Origin: a virus
Lineage: Duplodnaviria > Caudoviricetes
Length of the DNA: 64,000 bases
IMG/VR virus record: IMGVR_UViG_3300014205_000002
Location: 144,265-208,264 of that record
Strand: one strand, 5' to 3'
How positions within the stretch are numbered: the stretch's first letter is position 1; each line of letters begins with the position of its first letter. Made by a program: the position numbers and the translations under genes. The notes under the pieces are model-generated. The model did no database searches. It had not been told where the DNA came from and saw nothing but the letters and a program-made list of their open reading frames with translations. Shown here one piece after another: positions 18,860-28,609 of this stretch.

Positions 18860-20732
18860 GGGGCAGCTCCTTGGTTACAGCGAGTCCTGCGCGCTTGACG
18901 AAGGGAAGGAACTCGGGGACGGGGTGGAGGATGCGCTCGCCGAGCGCGATCCTGATCTGGTTACCCAGATGCCAGCCGAATAGCGGGGGTACCGCATTGC
19001 CGACCTGCCTGTATTGGGCCGAGCGGGGGCCCTGGAAGACCCAGTCGTCGGGGAAACTCTGGAGCCTCGCGGCTTCGCGCACGGTCAGCCGGCGCAGCCT
19101 GCGTGGCGGCGGAGCTGGTACGATGTGGGTGTGGTTGGCCCCGCCCGAGGCGACGATCGTCTGCGCGGGCTGGTCCATGTCCTGGACGCGACCACGGCCG
19201 TTGAAGATGGTCTCGGCGGGGTTTCCGGGCCGGGCCATCAACTCCTTCGCGCGCTCCGAAGCGGGCACGATGGCGATCGCGTTGTCCTCGTGGTTGGGCA
19301 CGGGCAGCAGGTTGGCATTGCCGCAGTCCTGCTCGGCGATGATGGTCTTCGCTGGTGCGTCCCAGCTCATGGCCGGATTACTCAGCTTACCCGCGAGGGC
19401 GCTGGGCCTAGGCGGCGAGGCCGGCTCGTGGTTGGGGACGTCACCCATGATGAAGTCGACGTTACCCGAGGTGTTGATCGTGCGGCCTGGCGCATCGGGA
19501 TCGAGCAGCTTCATGCCCTGACCGACGTGCCCTGCGAGGATGGCCTCTTCATGCGTGCCCGTGTAGACGCTGGCCTCGTGGTTGGCGGGGATGGCCTGCT
19601 GGTGGTGGGCTCGTACGGTGTTGGCAGGCTTGTCCCAGGCGTGCAGGCCGTTGGGGCCGGCCCCGCGATCGGCGGCGTGCTCGATGTGCCTGATCTCACC
19701 GGGCGTGAGCGGGTGATTCACGTGGTTCTCGACCGGTAGCAGGTTCACGTTCCCCGAGCGCTGGTGGGCGATGATGCACGACGCGGGCTCGTCGAGCGCC
19801 ATCGGAGCCTTCATCGACCAGTCGCTCTCGCCGGTGAGCGCGGAGGGTACCGGCGGGGGCGCGGCCTCATGGTTCTCGACGGGGATCAGGTTGTTGGTGC
19901 CGGACTCCTGCTTGGCGATGATCGTACGCGCGACCTGGTCGAGTTCCATCGGTGGGTGTTTCTGAGCCCAGGAGCTGTCGGCGATCGCCGCACATGGTGG
20001 CGGCGGAGGAGCTGGCTCATGGTTGGCGGCGGGGGCGAACGCGGGACCGTAAGGGGCCGGCAGATCGCTGATGGCCTGACGGACCGTGACCCATCTGCGC
20101 AGCGTACCGAAGAAGCCCGGAGTGGGAGTGTCCGCATGCGTCGGCTTCGGCCAGGGGAAGAAGCTCTCGTCGCGTCGGCCGAAGAAGATCACGCGGATGC
20201 GCTTCTGGGGAACGCCGTAGTCGGCCATGTTGATCATGCGGTACTCGACGCTGTAGCCGATGTCCCTGAAAGCCTGGAGGATCACGTCCTTGACCAGAGT
20301 CTGGTCGTCGTCGGTCTTCATCGTGAGTAGCCCCTTGACGTTCTCCATGACGAAACCCCACGGCTTGGCCTCGTCGACGACCCGTACAAACTGCCAGAAC
20401 AGCTTGTTGCGCGGATCGTCCGCCTCGCGCTTGCCAGCGGTAGAGAACCCCTGGCAAGGTGGCCCGCCCACCACGAGGCGGGCCTGACCGGAAACCAGTC
20501 CTGCCGCCTCAAGGATGACCTCGGTGGGAATGGCGCAGATATCGCCCTTGAGCACGGGGATCCCCTGGCGGTTGTGGCGCAGCGTGTCGACGGCGTGCCC
20601 GTCGAGTTCGACCGCAACGCGCACGTCGAACCCCGCGGACTCCAGCCCGATATCCAGGCCCCCGGCCCCCGAGAACAGTGAGATGATCGGCATCGGCCGG
20701 TTGGTCGGACCGTGCATGGGGACGATGGTCAC
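18849..20732 (-). CDS. dcm: DNA cytosine-5 methyltransferase with an expanded, repetitive variable region
   Basis: FSGAGG, GGPPCQGFS, MENVKGL, YGVPQKRIR, RRLTVREAARLQSFPD, YRQVGNAVPP. Confidence 0.95.
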   Translation of the reverse strand: MTIVPMHGPTNRPMPIISLFSGAGGLDIGLESAGFDVRVAVELDGHAVDTLRHNRQGIPVLKGDICAIPTEVILEAAGLVSGQARLVVGGPPCQGFSTAGKREADDPRNKLFWQFVRVVDEAKPWGFVMENVKGLLTMKTDDDQTLVKDVILQAFRDIGYSVEYRMINMADYGVPQKRIRVIFFGRRDESFFPWPKPTHADTPTPGFFGTLRRWVTVRQAISDLPAPYGPAFAPAANHEPAPPPPPCAAIADSSWAQKHPPMELDQVARTIIAKQESGTNNLIPVENHEAAPPPVPSALTGESDWSMKAPMALDEPASCIIAHQRSGNVNLLPVENHVNHPLTPGEIRHIEHAADRGAGPNGLHAWDKPANTVRAHHQQAIPANHEASVYTGTHEEAILAGHVGQGMKLLDPDAPGRTINTSGNVDFIMGDVPNHEPASPPRPSALAGKLSNPAMSWDAPAKTIIAEQDCGNANLLPVPNHEDNAIAIVPASERAKELMARPGNPAETIFNGRGRVQDMDQPAQTIVASGGANHTHIVPAPPPRRLRRLTVREAARLQSFPDDWVFQGPRSAQYRQVGNAVPPLFGWHLGNQIRIALGERILHPVPEFLPFVKRAGLAVTKELPHAR

Positions 20733-20785
20733 GTAACTCTCCTCGGGAAGCCCAGTTTAGCAGAAAAGCGAGCCCTACGGAACCC

Positions 20786-21568
20786 TCAGGATCCGCTCGC
20801 GGCGATGGACAGCGCCATCATGCGTACGGCCTGAATGTGGGCCGGAATTGGTCGGTCCAGCCTTGCGGCCTCTTGCTCCTGGCGGCGCTTCTTGCGATCA
20901 GCGTAGCCGAACTCGTCCAGTGAACGGGCATCTATGCGCCAGTTGTGGCCGAACTTCCAGCCCTTCATCTGGCCCTTCTGGAGGGCAGTGAGTACATAGG
21001 CGCGCGGCCTGTCGAGCTTCTTCGCGGCTTCGGCACAACCGACCCATGCGCTGGTGTGCTGGGGGTAGATCGTTTTGAGGATTGCCAGGGCTTCCTGCGT
21101 GACGAAGGCGAACGCCCCCTCGCCATAGGCTGGCATGTTGAGCTTCGCGAGTTGGACGCGGATGCTATTGGGTGAGATGCCCAGTTCCCGTGCGACCATG
21201 GTGATATTTGGGTCTCCCTGGGCCTCTAGGGGGTTGAGTCGATCCTTGCGGATCTTCCAGGCCACCTGGCCGCCGGTAAACTTGGTGCCGAGTCGCGTGT
21301 TGATGTAGCGGGCAATCTTATGGGGCGGATACTTGCCGAGGAAGGTGTGTAGCAACTCCAGCGCGGCGGGGCGCTTCGCCCAGACGTCCTCATAGGGAGT
21401 GACTGGTACATACTTTTGCAGCGCCGACTGGCCGAAGGTGGCGTCATAGCGCTGGTTGAAGAGGGCGATTGTCTCAGCCCAGGTATGCCTGGTCCTGAGG
21501 TCGCACAGGTCGGCGATGATCGCGGGCGTCCACCGGAAGATCGCGTCACCTTTACGGGTGTGCATCAT
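20786..21568 (-). CDS. Multi-HTH DNA-binding protein with a C-terminal excisionase-like HTH
   Basis: ITMVARELGISPNSIR and AEAAKKLDRPRAYVLTALQKGQMKGWKFGHNWRI. Start MMHTRK. Confidence 0.7.
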   Translation of the reverse strand: MMHTRKGDAIFRWTPAIIADLCDLRTRHTWAETIALFNQRYDATFGQSALQKYVPVTPYEDVWAKRPAALELLHTFLGKYPPHKIARYINTRLGTKFTGGQVAWKIRKDRLNPLEAQGDPNITMVARELGISPNSIRVQLAKLNMPAYGEGAFAFVTQEALAILKTIYPQHTSAWVGCAEAAKKLDRPRAYVLTALQKGQMKGWKFGHNWRIDARSLDEFGYADRKKRRQEQEAARLDRPIPAHIQAVRMMALSIAASGS

Positions 21569-22404
21569 GGGGTTTGGTCTCCTGTTCTGGGGGACAGTGC
21601 CGGGGCAATGCCGCCGGAGGCGGCCAGGTGTTGGAGGTGCTTCCAGACGGCGTAGGCGACGACGCCGATCCGATCCTGATCGCCGGGCTTGACCTGGCCG
21701 TTTTCCAGGAGGTTGACCGTGACGCCGTTCATCGCCAACGCCTGGACGAGCTCGGGGTAGGTGGCGATCGCCGAGTATGGAATACAGGCGAAGGCGCTGT
21801 GGCCTGGGCTCGCGTACCATTCGTGGCTACACCAGCAGATCGAGCACCCCATCGAGGCCCCGCCTTTGCCGCAACGCGAACAGCTGTAGAGTGGATTGCC
21901 GCCACCGGTCATCCCTGCACCCGCGACGCTCCGGAGGACGCGCCCTTGGCAGTGGCGGCACATATGCGGCTCAACCACCCATGTAACGCGCCCCTGTGTG
22001 TCGTCGGGTATCGGAAACCCCGCGGCCATGGCCCGCTCAAAGTCGCGCCGGAGTACGATGCCGATCCGCGAGCCCTTGAGGCCGTCGTTCCAGTCGCACC
22101 CGCAGCTGCCGAAGGCTGGCCGCAGGATCGCCTTGGCCGCCTCGGGTACCGTTGGCGCATACATCGCGTTCATGTCGACACAGCGGTAGCCGTTGTCGCC
22201 CGAGCTGTAGCCGCACCAGCAGAGCTTGGTCAACTCGTCGCTCTTGCCGCACTCTGGACAAAAGAACATGCCCTCGCCGCCCAGCCACGAGAGTAGCCGT
22301 CCGCCGCAGCGGCACAGGTGAGTCGATAGCCGGTAGCGCTCAGGAGAGCGCGTCTTGCCCGGCCACATGATTGTGCGAGCGCGCACCATCGTGCCTCCCG
22401 CCAT
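21565..22404 (-). CDS. Cys-rich protein with an internally duplicated Zn-binding domain
   Basis: HLCRCGGRLL..CPECGK..CWCG is repeated as HMCRHCQGRVL..CSRCGK..CWCS. Confidence 0.7.
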   Translation of the reverse strand: MAGGTMVRARTIMWPGKTRSPERYRLSTHLCRCGGRLLSWLGGEGMFFCPECGKSDELTKLCWCGYSSGDNGYRCVDMNAMYAPTVPEAAKAILRPAFGSCGCDWNDGLKGSRIGIVLRRDFERAMAAGFPIPDDTQGRVTWVVEPHMCRHCQGRVLRSVAGAGMTGGGNPLYSCSRCGKGGASMGCSICWCSHEWYASPGHSAFACIPYSAIATYPELVQALAMNGVTVNLLENGQVKPGDQDRIGVVAYAVWKHLQHLAASGGIAPALSPRTGDQTP

Positions 22405-22507
22405 CTCTGGCTTGTTGGTCGGACCGGGAAGTGCAATCTCTTGCGCCTCCCGGTCCTGGTGGTTTCAATGAGTTGAGTTTACCCTAAAGCAAGCAGGCGG
22501 TAAACCT

Positions 22508-25021
22508 TTACTTGCAGCGCGAGTAGCCGCAGGTCGGGTTGATGCACTTGGCACAGCCCTCGCCGTGGTCGAGACGGCTGCCGCAGTCGGGGCATTCGGG
22601 GGTTTCGCCCTGATCGAGGGCGTGCAGGTTGGCGGCGTGCTGGGCGTTCGGTGCTGGCGGCAGCGGAAGCGGCAGCGCGAGGCCCAGGGCGAAGGTCACG
22701 GCCTCGCGGGGCGCGAGATCGATCGGACCACCGGACCAGGTGAGCGGCGCACGCCGGATCGCCTTGCCGATCGCATCTGGCACCGAGAGCACCTGGTTGT
22801 CGCCGAACCCCGAGGGGTCGGCCCCGCGGATGCCCACCAGGGCATGCGAAATGTCCTCGACGGGCACGCGGTGCTGGAGTGCCAGGCTGATCAGCTTGCC
22901 GATGGCCTCGCCGAACGAGTTCAGTGTGCCGCCGGAGCGCCCGATGTTCGTCACGACCTCGCGCAAGCCCTCCTCGTCGTAGTTGAGGGTGGTGTAGAGC
23001 TTGCCCTCGCCGACCTGCTTGGTCATGGTGAAGCCCGTCAGGACCTCGGGCCTGATCCGTTTGCCCGCCCGCATCTCTGCCATCAGGCTATCGAGACGCG
23101 CCTGGAGTTCGGCGAGTTGGGGCGGCGGGGCGATCGCCGCGGGGGCGGTCACCTGGGTGAGCGAGAGCGGCTGTGCCTCGCGGGAGTTGTTGCGGTACAC
23201 GGTGATGCCCTTGCAGCCCGTCTCGTAGGCCAGGTGGTAGGCTTCCTCGACGTCCGCCTCGGTCGCGCTCTCAGGGAAGTTGATCGTCTTGGAGATGGCC
23301 GAGTCGTTGAAGCGCTGGAAGGCGGCCTGGGTGTGAACGTGCTGGGCCGGGCTGATGTCGTGGGTGGTGACGAAGATGCGCGCGAGGTTGAAGAGGATCT
23401 TCATCTCGCCCGTCGTGAAGAACAGGGCCCTATCAAAGGGGTTGTCCGCCACCAACTCGTTGAGCGAGCCGTGGTAGTGAGTGTCCAGCGCTTCGAAGAC
23501 ATAGGCGATGCGTGCGTCGTCGAAGCCCTTGGCCCGGAGCGCGTCTGCGAACACGCGATCGGCGTCGAACATGTGGGTATCGGCCTGGAAGCGCTTGAAG
23601 GCCAGCGCGAAGACGGGCTCGCAGCCGCCCGAGGTATCGGCGATCATGGAGAGGGTGCCCGTGGGCGCGCAGGTCGTGGTGTTGGAGTTGCGCAGGCCGT
23701 GGATGTCGACTTCGTCGGCGAGCCAGTCGTAGCGGCAATCCTTGTGCTTGCCGGGGCGCGCGTGACGCTCCATCAGCATCTTGCGGAAGATGGCGTTGGA
23801 CTCGGCTTCGTGGCCGATGCGCGCGGGGAAGACGCCACGGGCCTTGCCTAACTCCAGGCTCTTGACCTTCGATTCGTAGTCGATGAAGCTCATGACCTCT
23901 TCGGCGAAGGCCAGGCCCTCGGGGCTACCGTAGGGGATCTGGAGCTTGAACAGCGCCCGGGCGAAGCCCATTACGCCGAGGCCCGTCTTGCGGGTGGCGT
24001 TCGAGACCTCGGCGATCTCAGGGATCGGGTACTTGTTCGCGCTGATCACGTTGTCGAGCATGTGCGCCGAGGTGTGAACGACGCCGCGCAGACGCTCCCA
24101 GTCGAAGAATGTGCAGTCGGGGCCGCCCTGCGGCATGTCCATGACGAACTGCTCCAGGTTGATCGAGCCGAGATTGCAGGATTCATAGGGGATTAGGGGC
24201 TGTTCGCCACAAGGATTGGTGGCCTCATACTTGCCCAACCAGGGCACGGGGCAATACTCGTTCATGCGGTCGATGAACACGATGCCCGGCTCACCCGTGG
24301 TCCAGGCGCGCTTGACGATCTCCTTGAAGACGGGCCGCGCGCGGATTCTGTCGGTATCCTGGCCTGTGCGCGGGTTGATCAGGTCGTAGTTGTTATCATG
24401 AACGACGGCGTCCATAAACCTGTCGGTGATCGCCACGGAGATGTTGAAGTTCGTGAGTTTGGAGAGGTCTTCCTTGTGGCTGATGAAGCTCAGGATGTCC
24501 GGATGATTGACGCGGAGGATGCCCATGTTCGCGCCACGGCGCATGCCGCCCTGCTTGATGCTCTCGGTGGCCGCGTTGAACACGTCCATGAACGAGATCG
24601 GACCCGAGCTCTCGCCCTTGGTGGACTGGACCATATCCTTGGCCGGCCGCAGGCGCGAGAAGGCGAAGCCGGTGCCGCCGCCGGTCTGGTGGATCAGGGC
24701 GGCGTTCTTGATGGTTTCAAAGATGCCCGCGAGGTCGTCGGGTACAGGCAGGACGAAGCAGGCCGAGAGCTGGCCCGTGCGGGTGCCGGCGTTCGCCAGC
24801 GTGGGTGAGTTCGGCAGGAAGTCGCCGTCCCAGAGGAGTTGGAAGAACGCCTCCTCGACGAGCGCCGTCTGCTCGGGCGTCTGGCCATGTTGCAGTTCGA
24901 CGGCTGCCAGTGTGCGCGCGACGCGCCGCATCATCTCGATGGGCAGTTCGATCAGGTTGCCTTGGGCATCCTTTTCAAGGTAGCGCTTCTCCAGTACGGT
25001 GATGCCGTTCTTGCTCAGCAT
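22508..25021 (-). CDS. nrdJ: Class II (adenosylcobalamin-dependent) ribonucleotide reductase
   Basis: PNSPTL, GQLSACFVLP, GGGTG, RRGANMG, TNPCGEQ, CNLGSIN, APTGTLS, SKTIN, KGITVYR. C-terminal TSCPD-like domain and CPDC..C..C. Confidence 0.95.
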   Translation of the reverse strand: MLSKNGITVLEKRYLEKDAQGNLIELPIEMMRRVARTLAAVELQHGQTPEQTALVEEAFFQLLWDGDFLPNSPTLANAGTRTGQLSACFVLPVPDDLAGIFETIKNAALIHQTGGGTGFAFSRLRPAKDMVQSTKGESSGPISFMDVFNAATESIKQGGMRRGANMGILRVNHPDILSFISHKEDLSKLTNFNISVAITDRFMDAVVHDNNYDLINPRTGQDTDRIRARPVFKEIVKRAWTTGEPGIVFIDRMNEYCPVPWLGKYEATNPCGEQPLIPYESCNLGSINLEQFVMDMPQGGPDCTFFDWERLRGVVHTSAHMLDNVISANKYPIPEIAEVSNATRKTGLGVMGFARALFKLQIPYGSPEGLAFAEEVMSFIDYESKVKSLELGKARGVFPARIGHEAESNAIFRKMLMERHARPGKHKDCRYDWLADEVDIHGLRNSNTTTCAPTGTLSMIADTSGGCEPVFALAFKRFQADTHMFDADRVFADALRAKGFDDARIAYVFEALDTHYHGSLNELVADNPFDRALFFTTGEMKILFNLARIFVTTHDISPAQHVHTQAAFQRFNDSAISKTINFPESATEADVEEAYHLAYETGCKGITVYRNNSREAQPLSLTQVTAPAAIAPPPQLAELQARLDSLMAEMRAGKRIRPEVLTGFTMTKQVGEGKLYTTLNYDEEGLREVVTNIGRSGGTLNSFGEAIGKLISLALQHRVPVEDISHALVGIRGADPSGFGDNQVLSVPDAIGKAIRRAPLTWSGGPIDLAPREAVTFALGLALPLPLPPAPNAQHAANLHALDQGETPECPDCGSRLDHGEGCAKCINPTCGYSRCK

Positions 25022-25983
25022 GCGTTGCCTTTCTGTATCACGGCATCAGCGGCCGCGTATGCGTCGTCGAGGGTCTCCCAGCGCGTGCGTGTCTGGAAGC
25101 CAGCCGGCTCTCTCGACGGGTTGTGTTCGCGCTCCCACTGTTCATCGTGGTTCAGTACGTAGCCGTCGCGGAGCACAACCCAGCCTTTGGCCTCGTGTTG
25201 GCCCCTTAAGGTTATGATATAGCCGTCGCCGAGGTCGATCGAATGGCGCTCTTTGAGCGGGTCTACCGGCTTTTCGCTGCTGATGCCCAGGCCGCGCCAC
25301 TCGTCGGCGATCGGCAACTTGAGCAACTCCATTAGCCTGCTCGCGTCGTCGGGTTGAATGTCCACGCCAGCGGGGCTGAACAGGCGATCGAGCACCTTGA
25401 TCAAGTGGCCGATGTAGTCGTCCGTTCGCGCGTAGTGGTCGATCAGCTGGATGCCGGGCATCGCTGAGACGCAGTCGATCCAGCTGGTGGTCTGCTCTAG
25501 GGTGGCGAGCAGATCGCCGGGATCGTTGCCGCGGAAGCTCTCCTCGGCCTTGGCGATCGCCGCACGCAGGCGCATGATCAGCGCACGTTGGGCGGCGGCC
25601 ACGGTGTTCACGAGATTGCGCTTCTCCAGCGTTGCCCAGCCGACGTTGGCCTCCGTCAGGTAGCCGCGGCTCAACTCCGTCTGGCGCACGACGGCCTCCC
25701 AGCTGGGTACGCCAGCGGGCACGAGCCCGTAGATCGAGAAGGTGCTGACGGCATTCACGAGGCCCGCGAACTGGGTGCGCAACTCCGCGACCTCCTCGGC
25801 CACGGCCCTGCCAGGGTGACGTTCATCCTGGGTTAGCGACATGCGGGGCGTGCCGCCGAGGGCGACCACCTGGGCGGCGAGCAGGTCGACCAGGCCGTGG
25901 GCGCTCATGAGGTCGAGCTCAAGTATGTCGACATAGGCTGACTGCTCAATGCCGCCTTGCAGCAGGATGTCGTTGTCGGTCAT
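25015..25983 (-). CDS. Hypothetical protein
   Basis: 322 aa, coupled to neighbours. Confidence 0.7.
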   Translation of the reverse strand: MTDNDILLQGGIEQSAYVDILELDLMSAHGLVDLLAAQVVALGGTPRMSLTQDERHPGRAVAEEVAELRTQFAGLVNAVSTFSIYGLVPAGVPSWEAVVRQTELSRGYLTEANVGWATLEKRNLVNTVAAAQRALIMRLRAAIAKAEESFRGNDPGDLLATLEQTTSWIDCVSAMPGIQLIDHYARTDDYIGHLIKVLDRLFSPAGVDIQPDDASRLMELLKLPIADEWRGLGISSEKPVDPLKERHSIDLGDGYIITLRGQHEAKGWVVLRDGYVLNHDEQWEREHNPSREPAGFQTRTRWETLDDAYAAADAVIQKGNAC

Positions 25984-27134
25984 GCCGGCACCTGGGCGAA
26001 ATGGGCCTCGATCGCGTCCGGTAGCATCAATGGGTCAAGCACACCCAGATACTGCATGATCAGCGCGGTGGACGAGCTGAGGGCGATCGCCTGCTCCAGC
26101 TGGCGTTGATTGACGAAGCCCTGGCTCCAGGCGACCATGGCCCGGGCGCTGGCCTGCGGCCCGGTGTAGGGATTGGCCTCCTGGGTCAGGCCTGCCACGG
26201 CGGCCTCCGCACCCTGGCGGTGAGCCTGTTCAACGCCCACGACCTGCCGGAGATCCTCGCTGCTCGTGAACAGGCGCTCGCGCACCTTGGCGTAGAGCAC
26301 CCGGTAGCGCGAGAGGCAGCGCATGATTCGCTCGAAGTTGGTGCCGGCCTGTTCAGTCTCGGGCTCTCCCCGCAGCGCGTCGGCGATCAGGGCGTCGCGA
26401 TACGACAAGGCATCCTTCGCCATGCCGGCCTCGGACACGGCGGCGGCCTCGCGGCTGCGGGCGATTGCAAGTTCACCGGTACTCGCGAGGGCCTCAGCGC
26501 GCACCAGCTCCGTGCTGGCCTTGAGCGTCTCGATCGCCTTGGTTAGCTGTTCGCTCTCGGCCAGTAGCTCGCAGACGCGCTGCTCGGCAGACTCCGCGCG
26601 CTCCTCTTGGGTGCGGATCTGGTCGATATACTGCGCCTCAATGGGCGTGGCTCCGCCGGTGCCGTAGGCCAGGAAGTTGTCGAGGAAAGCGTTGTAGCCA
26701 TCGCAGCTGCGGCCATTGAGTGCTTCTTCGACCATTTCCTGGCGGTCAAGTGGGAGGAGTGCTCCGTTGTAGAGGCCGTTGAGCAGGCATTCATAGTGGA
26801 GCTTGCGCAGCACGGGCTTGAGGATGGCGCTGCCCGATAGCTCGGCGCGCAGGAGCTGGTTCTCCTTGGCGAGTTGGCCGTAGCTGAGTTCGTAGTTGCG
26901 TATCGTGTCGAGCGCGCCAGCGAGGTAGCGACCAGCCTCTTCGGAACCGGCCGCGAGCTGCTTAATCAGCGCCGTGAGGTCCTGGCGGGTGAGGTGTTTG
27001 AGGTTCTCTCCCTGGTTCGTGTGGCGCTGCACCAACTCGGGGATGCCGGCGATCGCCGCCTGGACCACCATGAGCGGGCTGGTGAAGTGGCCGTTGGTCA
27101 CAACGACGGGGATGTCGGGGGTAGATTCACTCAT
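25980..27134 (-). CDS. Coiled-coil protein with a C-terminal RMF-like motif
   Basis: AHRQGAEAAVAG...NPY...AWSQGF. Confidence 0.6.
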   Translation of the reverse strand: MSESTPDIPVVVTNGHFTSPLMVVQAAIAGIPELVQRHTNQGENLKHLTRQDLTALIKQLAAGSEEAGRYLAGALDTIRNYELSYGQLAKENQLLRAELSGSAILKPVLRKLHYECLLNGLYNGALLPLDRQEMVEEALNGRSCDGYNAFLDNFLAYGTGGATPIEAQYIDQIRTQEERAESAEQRVCELLAESEQLTKAIETLKASTELVRAEALASTGELAIARSREAAAVSEAGMAKDALSYRDALIADALRGEPETEQAGTNFERIMRCLSRYRVLYAKVRERLFTSSEDLRQVVGVEQAHRQGAEAAVAGLTQEANPYTGPQASARAMVAWSQGFVNQRQLEQAIALSSSTALIMQYLGVLDPLMLPDAIEAHFAQVPA

Positions 27135-27997
27135 GAGGCTTGTAGCTCCTTGCGTTGCTTGCGCAGCATGGACTGGTAGGTGAGCACGGAACTGACGTCC
27201 GCAAAGCCCAGCTGCTGCTTGATGTCGTGGGGGTCCTGATTGGCTTCGAGGAGTTCGATGATGCGGCTCGCGCGCATCACCTGGGGGGTCAACTGGGGCG
27301 TCTGTGCGCCCGCGGCGTTGCGTACGATCAGCCAGACGACATGCCGGCTGATCATGCCGCCCTTCATACCGTAGAACATGAGGTCCTTGCGCGAGGCCGA
27401 CTTCGGGACGGCGCGCACCTGGGCGTAGGCTACATAGGCCTCTTGGGCGATCGCGTCCAGCACCAGGAGGTCGTCGCGCTCCGCACTGACGAACAGCAAG
27501 GAGCCGGACCGAAAGAGGCTCTCGCCGTCGCCGGCGGCGTTGAAGCGCATGGCCTGAATTTCACCGGGCCGTATGCCCAGCCGGAACAACTCCATGATGA
27601 AGCGCCGCGAGGTGCCGAGGTGGTAGCGCGCGCAGGCCTCGGTGATCGCATCAGGGGGGTAGAAGGCGCTGTCCTTGCCGTCTGGACTCGGCCACTCCAC
27701 GTCATGCAGCAGCGCCGTGTCCAGTTGGCCCCGCTCGATGTGGTGGCGCAGGAAGCCGCGCAGGGCGGCCCCCTTGCGTGTGGCGGTGTTCGGCCTGGCC
27801 CGGCGGCGGGTGTGGGTCATGTAAGCCGCCAGAATCTGGCTGGAGAGGTCGCCGAGATCCCGTGCGTCCGGGCAGTGCTCTGCGAGGTACTGAGTGAAGT
27901 CGGCGAGGTCCCCGCTGTAGGCGCTCGTGGTCGCGACCGCCTTGTTCTGCTCGATCAGCTCGTTGACGTAGGCCTGGGTGGACTGAACGATGTTCAC
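27131..27997 (-). CDS. XerC/D-like tyrosine recombinase with a degenerate catalytic pocket
   Basis: TTSAYSGDLADFTQYL, ALRGFLRH, GIRPGE, LTPQVMRAS, IKQQLGFAD, LTY. GTG start overlaps the upstream stop. Confidence 0.8.
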   Translation of the reverse strand: MNIVQSTQAYVNELIEQNKAVATTSAYSGDLADFTQYLAEHCPDARDLGDLSSQILAAYMTHTRRRARPNTATRKGAALRGFLRHHIERGQLDTALLHDVEWPSPDGKDSAFYPPDAITEACARYHLGTSRRFIMELFRLGIRPGEIQAMRFNAAGDGESLFRSGSLLFVSAERDDLLVLDAIAQEAYVAYAQVRAVPKSASRKDLMFYGMKGGMISRHVVWLIVRNAAGAQTPQLTPQVMRASRIIELLEANQDPHDIKQQLGFADVSSVLTYQSMLRKQRKELQAS

Positions 27998-28347
27998 AGC
28001 TTTTTTCCTCGCTCCTGGCCGATCTTGACGAGCACGTCGAAGCGGCGGCAAGCGTCCTCGAACATGGGCCCGACGACGGCGCATTCGGTGTCCTGCATGT
28101 ACAGGTTTGCGATCATGGCCTTCTGGCCCGTGGTGACGCCGTCACCGACCCAGAGCGCCCATTCCTGGTTGAAGTTGTCCTTGGTCATGGCCCTGAGCGC
28201 GTCCTCGGAGAACGACTCGATGTCGCGATCCTCTTCGGTCTCGATCGCCGCCGGGATGTCCCAGATGGGGAAGGGAACAAGAGAGCCCTTCTTCTCCTTC
28301 TTCTCCGCCGGCGCTTTCGGCTTACTGGCGACGGATCGTCTTGCCAT
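27994..28347 (-). CDS. Hypothetical protein
   Basis: 117 aa, coupled. Confidence 0.7.
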   Translation of the reverse strand: MARRSVASKPKAPAEKKEKKGSLVPFPIWDIPAAIETEEDRDIESFSEDALRAMTKDNFNQEWALWVGDGVTTGQKAMIANLYMQDTECAVVGPMFEDACRRFDVLVKIGQERGKKL

Positions 28348-28586
28348 CAGGATTGGCCCTTCTCAAAAGCGCGCTTACTGGAGCACATGCGACTGAACGC
28401 CAGCTCGATCGCGTTCTCTGGTGAGACGCTGCCCGCGCTGCCGCTGCGCCCGAGGTCATCGGCGATCATCACCATCACGCCACCCTTGGGCATGGTCGTG
28501 AGCGTGAACGCGACGATGGCGAAGGGGTAGTTGGCGGTCTTCTGAGCCAGGTGAGCGAAGTAGCGGTTGACCGACATCCACACCAC
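28347..28586 (-). CDS. Hypothetical protein
   Basis: 79 aa, coupled. Confidence 0.55.
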   Translation of the reverse strand: MVWMSVNRYFAHLAQKTANYPFAIVAFTLTTMPKGGVMVMIADDLGRSGSAGSVSPENAIELAFSRMCSSKRAFEKGQS

Positions 28587-28609
28587 CTTACGAAGATTAG
28601 TCGGGCCGC

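Noticed and set aside
19120-20024. Intein in the methylase
   Set aside because: No C/S...HN splice junctions or LAGLIDADG motifs. The insert is a tandem repeat.
27131-27997. Prophage integrase marking an att boundary
   Set aside because: The catalytic residues are degenerate, phage-like genes continue on both sides, and no att repeat or tRNA was seen.
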